Below the pieces are notes generated by a model. It was given only the letters and a program-made list of their open reading frames with translations. It was not told where the DNA came from and ran no database searches. Below, in pieces: positions 25,478 to 32,000 of a DNA stretch of 32,000 nucleotides (position 1 is its first letter; each line of letters opens with the position of its first letter). The stretch is taken from NCBI RefSeq assembly GCF_000179635.2, contig NC_014833.1, forward strand, positions 2,460,001-2,492,000, written 5' to 3'. A program made the position numbers and the translations under genes. The stretch is from Ruminococcus albus 7 = DSM 20455. Lineage in GTDB: Bacteria > Bacillota > Clostridia > Oscillospirales > Ruminococcaceae.

Positions 25478-25566
25478 AATTGCTTCCTCCATATTAATTT
25501 ATTATCATCGTATACCGCCGCACGCCTCCGTAATGAGGATACGGTATATCATTGTTACGCTGTATC

Positions 25567-26265
25567 TCAGCCTCGGTGAGCTTTATCCTTTTCAGCCTTT
25601 GTGGCCTGCAGATATGACACAGCAAGCTCATCTGCTGTACAAATAAGGCTATCATCATCCTCAACAGCCATACACAGTGAAGACGCTCTCTGCAGGATGC
25701 AGTTAACAGGTGCAGTACGCACATTTTCGGCAGTCGCAAAGCGACCCGCCTTTAATTCAGCAGCACAGTCACCGACCAGCATGATATTTTCACAGAACTC
25801 CATCTGTGAGAAAAATTCTTCCTCACTGCACACCTTATCATCAGTGATTCGCCTTATCTTACCGCCGCTGCTCTCGAATACAGCACCGTAGATTATTTTA
25901 GGCCTTGCCCTCATTACAGAGAATATCCTGCCCTCGTGTCCAACGCAGTTATAAGCAAGAGCCAGCAAAGTGGATACTCCTGCCGCTTTTATATGAGGTG
26001 CTCCCAGACATATACCCTTTACAGCACCCACGCCTATCCTCAGCCCGGTATATGAACCCGGACCATTCGCAACAGCTATACAGTCTATATCCGTATAATC
26101 AAGACCGGTCTCTGCAAGTGCCGACTCAACCATAGGCAGTATCACCTGTGAGTGTGTAAGCTTTGTAAAAACCGTTTTTTCCCACAGCAGACGTTCTGCA
26201 TCACTAATTGCCACAGAAGCCGTCTTGCCGCTTGTATCAATAGCTAATATTTTCAAATCTGTCAT
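25567..26265 (-). CDS. tsaB: tRNA t6A37 biosynthesis protein TsaB
   Basis: ILAIDTSG near the N-terminus and GPGSYTGLRIGV are typical of TsaB. The start is ambiguous. ATG 26265 (MTDLKILAIDTS, family-typical) overlaps the tsaE end by 29 nt. The alternatives are ATG 26304 and 26301. Confidence 0.8.
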   Translation of the reverse strand: MTDLKILAIDTSGKTASVAISDAERLLWEKTVFTKLTHSQVILPMVESALAETGLDYTDIDCIAVANGPGSYTGLRIGVGAVKGICLGAPHIKAAGVSTLLALAYNCVGHEGRIFSVMRARPKIIYGAVFESSGGKIRRITDDKVCSEEEFFSQMEFCENIMLVGDCAAELKAGRFATAENVRTAPVNCILQRASSLCMAVEDDDSLICTADELAVSYLQATKAEKDKAHRG

Positions 26266-26713
26266 CTCCGCCGCAGGTCTCAATGGTGAGTTCGCGCTCA
26301 TCATCGGATATCCTGTTTATCGTTATCCTGATACATTCTTCGGGCAGCTCATCTTCGATATTCTCCGACCACTCAACTGCCAGTACGGTATCCTCGTCCA
26401 TATAATCGAAAAAACCCGTAGTTTCAAGATCCTCACCCGAGGTTATCCTGTACATATCAAAGTGTATCAGGCTAAGTTTGCTGTCCGTTTTACGGTACTC
26501 GTTAACAAGAGCAAAAGTGGGTGAGGTAACTTCGTCACCAAGTCCCATACCCTCGGAGATACCGCGTGTTATAGTAGTTTTGCCCGCGCCGAGCCCTCCG
26601 CGGTAAGCAAGTACATCACCGCCGTGCAGACGTCTGCCTATCTCCCTGCCGAGAGCTATAGTCTGTTCGGGAGAAGATGTTCTGTATGTATAGTTCAATT
26701 TATCACAACCCAC
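26237..26713 (-). CDS. tsaE: tRNA t6A37 biosynthesis ATPase TsaE
   Basis: P-loop GGLGAGKTT, with SPTFALVNEY and FDMYR blocks. The GTG start overlaps the upstream TAG by 1 nt (TAGTG). Confidence 0.85.
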   Translation of the reverse strand: MGCDKLNYTYRTSSPEQTIALGREIGRRLHGGDVLAYRGGLGAGKTTITRGISEGMGLGDEVTSPTFALVNEYRKTDSKLSLIHFDMYRITSGEDLETTGFFDYMDEDTVLAVEWSENIEDELPEECIRITINRISDDERELTIETCGGDDRFENISY

Positions 26714-27909
26714 TATTCTTCACCGACGAATTTGTGATCGCCGTAATAATTAAGCATAAGGTCTACCATCCTGCCGTAGGACTCTATTCCGTCCTCCACG
26801 CCGTTAGCCTGCAGTGAAGCCTCCATAGCTTTATCACTGACCTCACTAACAGTCTGACTGTCAAACACTGTATCTTCGGCTTCTTCTACCGACTCCCAGT
26901 ACTCGCGGTTCTCGTTGATATCCACCCATACCTCATCGGAGATAGCATCGTCAAGGGCAAACTGAGTGTAATCATCACAGTACTCAAATACATTATTTCT
27001 TACATATGTCAGAGCCGAAAGATAGCCTGAATAACGATACTCAACACTATCACTGCGGTCACAGGCAACAAAGGCAATAAAATTCGCCTCTTCCTCCCTC
27101 ATGAAGCCTTTTGTATGTGCCAGTTCATGACAGATAGTATCAGGCAGCTTCGCCTTATACATATCGGTATTATAATTTGCTTCCATGGAAAACGGGAAGT
27201 ATATACCCATAAGATCCATCTGGCTCATAAAGAATGAACAGTATATAGGCTTGGGATGTACCTCATATCCGCCGAAGCAGACAAACTCATCTTCAAGACC
27301 CTCAACAGCTTTGCGTGCGGCATCGGTATCAGCCGTAAGGACGAACCTGCCGTTTTCATCACGTTCCACCTGCGTAGAAAGCTCATTTACCTGCGCTACT
27401 AAACGGAACGCAAGTTTCTCCAGTTCTTCGGTGGAATGTTTTTCTGAACTTATTCCGTTCAGTTCTTCAAAAGTTGAAGTGTGGTACAATATAAAACAGT
27501 TCAATGTTTCTGTACCAAGTATAAACACAATTATCCAGCCGTATATGAACCCGAACACCTTAGCAACTTTCCCGCGTCTGCCCTTTTTAATTATGAGCAA
27601 AACTATCATTACTATAAGCGAAAGCGGAATACCGAAAACAGCGATCGCGATAAGTAATTCCCCGAAAGAGAAAGGCAGGAGTGATGTAACGCGTCCGTAG
27701 GTATTCACCCAGAACGGGTATACCCATTTCTGATAAAAGTCACAGAAAGGTGTGCATATCCAGGCAAGACCGTTCAGCAGCGCGAAAAACACTGCGCTGC
27801 CGATAAGCCATTTAAGCTTGGTATGCTTGCATTTTTTGTCCGTAGTTTTGGACACTTTTACATCAACGCCATTTACCGAAACCTGTTCGGTCATGACTTC
27901 GGTTTTCAT
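26713..27909 (-). CDS. DUF3810-like membrane protein with an HExxH metalloprotease-type motif
   Basis: Three N-terminal TM helices and the motif CHELAHTKGFMREEEANF. The size and layout match my recollection of the DUF3810 family. Confidence 0.65.
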   Translation of the reverse strand: MKTEVMTEQVSVNGVDVKVSKTTDKKCKHTKLKWLIGSAVFFALLNGLAWICTPFCDFYQKWVYPFWVNTYGRVTSLLPFSFGELLIAIAVFGIPLSLIVMIVLLIIKKGRRGKVAKVFGFIYGWIIVFILGTETLNCFILYHTSTFEELNGISSEKHSTEELEKLAFRLVAQVNELSTQVERDENGRFVLTADTDAARKAVEGLEDEFVCFGGYEVHPKPIYCSFFMSQMDLMGIYFPFSMEANYNTDMYKAKLPDTICHELAHTKGFMREEEANFIAFVACDRSDSVEYRYSGYLSALTYVRNNVFEYCDDYTQFALDDAISDEVWVDINENREYWESVEEAEDTVFDSQTVSEVSDKAMEASLQANGVEDGIESYGRMVDLMLNYYGDHKFVGEE

Positions 27910-27926
27910 TTATGTACCCCGTTATA

Positions 27927-29597
27927 TCAGAACAAGCCGTAGATATTGCCCTGATTATCACAGTCGATATTGTTTGCTGCGGGTACCTTAGGCAGACCGG
28001 GCATGGTCATGATATCGCCGGTATAAGCTACAACAAATCCTGCACCTGCCGACACTCTCAGGTCACGTACTGTTATCTCAAAGCCCTCAGGCTTGCCAAG
28101 CTTGGTGGGATCGTCCGAAAGCGAATACTGTGTCTTTGCAACACAAACAGGTATCTTATCATAGCCCAGTTCGTTGATCTCTTTCAGTGCCTTCTCAGCC
28201 TGTGCAGTAAAGATAACACCGTCAGCACGGTATATCTCCTTAGCAATTATGCCAAGCTTTTCCTTGATAGGCAGCTTTTCATCATAAAGGGGCTTGAAAT
28301 TGCTCTCGTTGTTTTCAATGGTGGAAACAACCTTTTCAGCCAGATCTGTACCGCCCTTGCCGCCATTTGCGAATATCTCGGCAAGAGATACCTCAACGCC
28401 CATATCAGCGCAGGTCTTTTTGATGACTTCGATCTCAGCTTCGGTGTCGGTAGCGAATCTGTTGATAGCAACAACCACAGGCACACCGAACTTCTTCATA
28501 TTCTCGATATGTGTCTTCAGATTTACTATACCCTTTTCAAGTGCAGGAACATTTTCAGCTGTAAGATCAGCACGCGCAACACCGCCGTTGTATTTCAGTG
28601 CACGGATAGTCGCAACCAGTACTACACAGCTGGGCTTGAATCCTGCAAAGCGGCACTTGATATCAAAGAACTTCTCAGCACCCAGATCGGAACCAAAGCC
28701 TGCCTCGGTGATAGTATAATCTGCCAGCTTCAGTGCGAGTTTAGTTGCTCTTACAGAGTTGCAGCCGTGAGCGATATTTGCGAAAGGACCACCGTGTATC
28801 AGTGCAGGATTGTTCTCCAGCGTCTGCACCAGATTAGGCTTCAGCGCATCTTTAAGCAGTGCCACCATAGCACCGCAGCCCCCGATATCCTTAGCGAAAA
28901 CAGGCTTGCCGTCGGTAGTGTATGCAACGAGTATACGCTCAATACGCTTTTTAAGATCTTCAAGGTCAGCTGCCAGACAGAGTATAGCCATTATCTCAGA
29001 AGCAACGGTTATCTGGAAAGAATCCTCTCTCGGTATACCATTTACCTTTGAACCCAGACCGATGATGATATCTCTTAGCGCTCTGTCATTCATATCAAGA
29101 CATCTCTTGAACATTATCCTTCTCTGGTCGATATGCAGAGGATTGCCCTGCTGCATGGAGTTGTCGATAAGTGCACAAAGCAGATTGTTAGCCGCTGTGA
29201 TAGCGTGCATATCTCCCGTAAAATGGAGATTGATATCCTCCATGGGAACTACCTGAGCATATCCGCCGCCGGCAGCGCCGCCCTTTATGCCGAACACAGG
29301 TCCGAGGGATGGTTCTCTCAGTGCGAGTATAGAATTCTTTCCTATAACGTGCATAGCCTCATTAAGACCAACAGAAATAGTGGTCTTACCCTCACCTGCA
29401 GGGGTAGGATTGATAGCTGTAACAAGAATAAGCTTACCATCGGGCTTATCCTTGGTCTTTACATACAGAGATTCAGAAAGCTTAGCCTTATAGTGTCCAT
29501 AGGGTTCATACTCCTCCTCGGTTATACCGAGTTTCTTTGCGATCTCGGAAATTTTCAGCATTTTAGCCTGCTTGGCTATCTCGATATCTGACAGCAT
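27927..29597 (-). CDS. fhs: formate--tetrahydrofolate ligase
   Basis: 556 aa. Signature blocks are [25 protein letters not shown] and KTQYS(L)SD. Confidence 0.97.
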   Translation of the reverse strand: MLSDIEIAKQAKMLKISEIAKKLGITEEEYEPYGHYKAKLSESLYVKTKDKPDGKLILVTAINPTPAGEGKTTISVGLNEAMHVIGKNSILALREPSLGPVFGIKGGAAGGGYAQVVPMEDINLHFTGDMHAITAANNLLCALIDNSMQQGNPLHIDQRRIMFKRCLDMNDRALRDIIIGLGSKVNGIPREDSFQITVASEIMAILCLAADLEDLKKRIERILVAYTTDGKPVFAKDIGGCGAMVALLKDALKPNLVQTLENNPALIHGGPFANIAHGCNSVRATKLALKLADYTITEAGFGSDLGAEKFFDIKCRFAGFKPSCVVLVATIRALKYNGGVARADLTAENVPALEKGIVNLKTHIENMKKFGVPVVVAINRFATDTEAEIEVIKKTCADMGVEVSLAEIFANGGKGGTDLAEKVVSTIENNESNFKPLYDEKLPIKEKLGIIAKEIYRADGVIFTAQAEKALKEINELGYDKIPVCVAKTQYSLSDDPTKLGKPEGFEITVRDLRVSAGAGFVVAYTGDIMTMPGLPKVPAANNIDCDNQGNIYGLF

Positions 29598-29635
29598 AGC
29601 GATCAGTTCCTTTCCAACAAAAATAGTACATACAC

Positions 29636-29664
29636 ATTATATCACACAGTGCTGTAAAATGCAA
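29636..29664 (-). promoter_or_regulatory. sigma-A promoter TTGCAT-17-TATAAT for fhs
   Basis: -35 TTGCAT is the reverse complement of 29659-29664. -10 TATAAT is the reverse complement of 29636-29641. The spacer is 17 nt. It lies about 40 nt upstream of the fhs ATG (SD AAAGGAA) and downstream of the terminator at 29693-29730. Confidence 0.7.
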
Positions 29665-29692
29665 GTATAAAATATTACTTCTAAGGTATAGC

Positions 29693-29835
29693 AAAAAAGT
29701 ATATCTCCCTGCATACACAAAGAGATATACCTTTTGATCGCATGATTTTAACTATGTCAGTATCACTGCATAACCGCTGTCTTTGTCTAACAGTGCACCC
29801 ACACCTTTTTCATAGGGTCCGTCTGTCCACTATAT
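29693..29835 (-). ncRNA. candidate small RNA or orphan transcription unit (~145 nt) between dapB and fhs
   Basis: It is bounded upstream by the promoter-like ATGACA-17-TATGAT (29865-29870 / 29842-29847). Downstream is a perfect 9-bp hairpin GUAUAUCUC/GAGAUAUAC (29730-29722 / 29707-29699) followed by U6 (29698-29693). Only an 8-codon ORF without an SD lies inside. Confidence 0.35.
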
Positions 29836-29841
29836 CTTAGC

Positions 29842-29870
29842 ATCATAAAACTCTTCCCGCCTGCTGTCAT
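29842..29870 (-). promoter_or_regulatory. putative sigma-A promoter ATGACA-17-TATGAT
   Basis: Each hexamer matches consensus at 5 of 6 positions, with an exact 17-nt spacer. It sits immediately downstream of the dapB terminator. Confidence 0.4.
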
Positions 29871-29881
29871 ATATTCCCGCT

Positions 29882-29910
29882 AAAAAGACCTCCCCGTTTT
29901 CAGGAAGGTC
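29882..29910 (-). terminator. intrinsic terminator after dapB
   Basis: The minus strand reads AGACCUUCC-loop-GGGAGGUCU (9 bp, one G-U pair) followed by UUUU. It lies about 25 nt after the dapB stop. Confidence 0.8.
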
Positions 29911-29936
29911 TCATGCAAAAGAATATAAAATATTAC

Positions 29937-30695
29937 TTAGTCCTCTTTCAGCAGGTCATCCATAGCATAAAGCCCCGCAGGCTTGTCCTTCAGGAATACA
30001 GCCGCGTTTACAGAACCAACTGCAAATACAGACTTAGAGTGAGCTTCGTGCTTCAGGCTTACTACCTCATCTCTGCCAGCAAAGATTATCTCGTGCTCAC
30101 CTACGATAGTTCCGCCGCGTACAGAGTGCATACCGATCTCGTTTCTGCCTCTCTTGGCACGAACGGAGTGTCTGTCATAGGTGTAAGAACATCTGTTGTC
30201 AAGCTCACCATTGATAGCATCAGCCAGCATAATAGCAGTACCTGAGGGTGCATCAAGTTTCTGGTTGTGGTGCTTCTCGATTATCTCGATATCAAACTGG
30301 TCACCCAGTATCTTTGTAGCCCTGCGGGCGAGGTCTGCCAGCAGGTTAACGCCCAGTGACATATTAAAGGTGAAGAACAGAGGTATCTGCTCAGCAGCCT
30401 TCTTGATCTTGGCAGTCTGTTCCTCGTTGTAGCCTGTGGTAGCAACTACGAGTGCAGTTCCGTTTGAACGGCAGTAATCCAGCAGTCCGTCAAGAGTTGA
30501 GGGGTGAGAAAAGTCTATTATAACATCAGGCTTTTCGGGCAGCTCTGCAACGTTCTCAAATATGGGAAAATCTGCATACTGTGCTGTTACCTTGTCGATA
30601 CCTGCAATAGTTTTGCAGTCATCGCGGTTGCTTATAACATCAGCGATGACTCTGCCCATGTGACCGTTAGCGCCGCATATAACTATGTTTGTCAT
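29937..30695 (-). CDS. dapB: 4-hydroxy-tetrahydrodipicolinate reductase
   Basis: N-terminal NAD(P) fold IVICGANGHMG. The signature block is IEIIEKHHNQKLDAPSGTA. 252 aa. Confidence 0.93.
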   Translation of the reverse strand: MTNIVICGANGHMGRVIADVISNRDDCKTIAGIDKVTAQYADFPIFENVAELPEKPDVIIDFSHPSTLDGLLDYCRSNGTALVVATTGYNEEQTAKIKKAAEQIPLFFTFNMSLGVNLLADLARRATKILGDQFDIEIIEKHHNQKLDAPSGTAIMLADAINGELDNRCSYTYDRHSVRAKRGRNEIGMHSVRGGTIVGEHEIIFAGRDEVVSLKHEAHSKSVFAVGSVNAAVFLKDKPAGLYAMDDLLKED

Positions 30696-30874
30696 TTTTT
30701 TATCAGTCCTTTCGTTTATGCAATTCCGTTAAGGTGAAAAAGAGCGGTATACCCAAAAAGATAAATACCATATAAAATGCGACTCTATTCCGAATGCGCA
30801 GGTAATACACAGTCGGACCATCACCTTTTCTGCTTTTTATCGGAAAACGTATTGTCAGCATAAAAATCCATTTT

Positions 30875-30909
30875 ATATAACAAAGGGCAGAGCGTTCACC
30901 GCTCCGCCC
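30875..30909 (-). terminator. intrinsic terminator after dapA
   Basis: The minus strand reads GGGCGGAGCG-GUGAA-CGCUCUGCCC (10 bp, one G-U pair) followed by UUUGUUAU. It lies 12 nt after the dapA stop. Confidence 0.7.
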
Positions 30910-30921
30910 CCTGAAATGTTA

Positions 30922-31818
30922 TTACTTTACAAGTCCCAGCTCAGCCATCTTAGCTCTGAGCTTCTCGATCTTAGCCTCTTCCATCTTGATAAGGGGCAGA
31001 CGGCATTCGCCAACATCCCAGCCCATGAGATTAAGTGCTTCCTTTACAGGGATAGGATTGACATCACAGAACAGACCGTTTGAATTTGCAAAATCAAGCA
31101 GCTTGTTCATCTTAGCGTTAGCCTCAGGATACTTGTTCTCCAGGCAAAGCTGAGTGATCTCGTGAGTTTCCTTAGGCATAACGTTGGACAGTACGGAGAT
31201 AACGCCCTTGCCGCCCAGTGCCATGATAGGAACGATCTGATCATCGTTGCCCGAATAGATATCCAGCTCATCGCCGCAAAGCGCTGCAACTCTTGCTATC
31301 TGCGAAATATTGCCGCTTGCTTCCTTAACAGCCACGATGTTCTTTACCTTTGAGAGCTCCTTCAGAGTTTCGGGAGTGATGTTCACACCTGTTCTGGAAG
31401 GAACATTGTAAAGGATTATCGGGATATTTATAGCGTTTGCTATTGTTGTATAGTGTACTATCAGACCCTTCTGAGAGGTCTTGTTGTAGTAAGGTGTTAC
31501 CAGGAGTACTGCATCAGCGCCAAGCTCCTCAGCCTTCTTGGAAAGACCAACCGCATACTCAGTGTGGTTTGAGCCTGTACCTGCAATAACAGGTATCCTG
31601 TGATTTACCTTATCTATAGCGTACTTGATAGCCTCAACGTGCTCATCATCGCCCATTGTTGAGCTTTCGCCGGTAGTTCCGCAGATAATAATGGCGTCGG
31701 TACCGTTATCTATCTGGAAGTCTATCAGCTCGCCCAGCTTATCGAAGTTGATAGAACCATCGGCGTTCATAGGTGTGACGATAGCCACGCCTGCGCCGGT
31801 GAAAATAGTCTTCTTCAT
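30922..31818 (-). CDS. dapA: 4-hydroxy-tetrahydrodipicolinate synthase
   Basis: Family blocks are GTTGES, PYYNK and the active-site Lys context AVKEASG. 298 aa. Confidence 0.95.
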   Translation of the reverse strand: MKKTIFTGAGVAIVTPMNADGSINFDKLGELIDFQIDNGTDAIIICGTTGESSTMGDDEHVEAIKYAIDKVNHRIPVIAGTGSNHTEYAVGLSKKAEELGADAVLLVTPYYNKTSQKGLIVHYTTIANAINIPIILYNVPSRTGVNITPETLKELSKVKNIVAVKEASGNISQIARVAALCGDELDIYSGNDDQIVPIMALGGKGVISVLSNVMPKETHEITQLCLENKYPEANAKMNKLLDFANSNGLFCDVNPIPVKEALNLMGWDVGECRLPLIKMEEAKIEKLRAKMAELGLVK

Positions 31819-31821
31819 GAT

Positions 31822-32000
31822 TCATTCTCCTTTGCCGGAAAAATACTGTCTTTGAAATTTATGATTGTTCTCCCGAAGTTCTTCAAAGGTCACGGGAACA
31901 TAATTATTTATCATCACACCTGCATTGAAAGCTTCATCTTTGCGGTGTTTTGACATAAACTCGAAGCCGTCGTCAAGACTGCCGTGGATATGACCGTATA
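31822..32000 (-). CDS. C-terminal fragment of an unidentified protein (the GHIHG motif hints at a metallophosphoesterase)
   Basis: An open minus-strand frame runs from the window edge to the TGA at 31824-31822 (...YGHIHGSLDDGFEFMSKHRKDEAFNAGVMINNYVPVTFEELRENNHKFQRQYFSGKGE*). The stop is 3 nt before the dapA ATG, and the SD AAAGGAGAA lies in its last codons. Confidence 0.4.
   Translation of the reverse strand, partial: YGHIHGSLDDGFEFMSKHRKDEAFNAGVMINNYVPVTFEELRENNHKFQRQYFSGKGE

Noticed and set aside
25478-25566. Competing hairpins in the tsaB-rpiB spacer (TATACCG 25511-25517 / CGGTATA 25542-25548 versus CCGTA 25528-25532 / TACGG 25540-25544), possibly an attenuator
   Set aside because: No U-tract follows either structure and I see no recognisable regulatory motif, so I cannot assign a function from sequence alone.
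25494-25739. 81-aa minus-strand ORF overlapping the 3' end of tsaB
   Set aside because: It is out of frame with and nested in tsaB, has an unusual composition and lacks an SD.
27912-29051. Long plus-strand ORF (379 aa) opposite fhs
   Set aside because: It lies entirely antisense to the highly conserved fhs gene. The translation is Cys/Leu/Ile-rich low-information sequence with no SD or promoter. It is a typical shadow ORF.
29598-29936. ZTP (pfl-motif) or THF riboswitch upstream of fhs, a gene class often controlled by ZTP
   Set aside because: A UAUAUGAC...GGCGG stretch (reverse complement of ~29855-29875) superficially recalls the 5' ZTP core. However, I cannot find the conserved 3' CCGCCUGGGC-type pseudoknot partner on the minus strand. 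The stretch also coincides with a plausible -35 hexamer. My recollection of the consensus is imperfect, so cmscan with RF01750 would settle it.
30696-30921. Lysine (L-box) riboswitch between dapA and dapB
   Set aside because: The spacer is short and AT-rich after the dapA terminator. It lacks the GC-rich multi-helix junction and the AGAGGNGC / GGGAG-type conserved segments I associate with L-boxes. Only weak hairpins are present.
1-32000. Search for CRISPR arrays, tRNA/rRNA genes, IS elements or integrases, and prophage or defence genes
   Set aside because: I saw no regularly spaced direct repeats, no GGTTCGAATCC-type T-arm sequences in intergenic regions, no transposase- or recombinase-like ORFs and no long inverted terminal repeats.

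Overview
This is a 32-kb chromosomal segment from a Gram-positive anaerobe. A dockerin-bearing LRR protein, a GH25 muramidase, a CE8 pectinesterase and Clostridia-type gene order suggest a Ruminococcus-like (Oscillospiraceae) organism, but that is inference only. Every coding region I can support (31 complete and 2 edge-truncated) lies on the minus strand. The plus-strand ORFs in the track look like antisense shadows. Most of the content is core housekeeping: a T-box-controlled cysE-orf207-cysS-cyclophilin operon, rimO-pgsA, recA-recX-orf134, DUF1385-prmC, fhs-DUF3810-tsaE-tsaB-rpiB, and dapA/dapB. A two-component system with an upstream lipoprotein is also present. The accessory genes are an AraC regulator, a GltD-like oxidoreductase, the pectinesterase, two BspA-type LRR proteins, the GH25 protein with FN3-like repeats, and a coiled-coil membrane protein. 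One cis-regulatory RNA is clearly readable, a Cys (UGC) T-box with a full terminator/antiterminator switch. Several near-consensus sigma-A promoters and about ten intrinsic terminators can also be read directly. I found no rRNA, tRNA, CRISPR array, transposase, integrase or recognisable defence or toxin genes. I do not see a convincing new multi-gene system. The best leads are: (i) an uncharacterised 207-aa gene welded between cysE and cysS under the T-box; (ii) a 134-aa acidic gene translationally coupled to recX; (iii) a cytoplasmic LRR protein plus a basic Cys-rich protein coupled to prmC at the end of a seven-gene co-directional block; and (iv) a roughly 145-nt unit between dapB and fhs with its own promoter and terminator, which may be an sRNA. 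All functional calls rest on motif recognition by eye. No database search was run.
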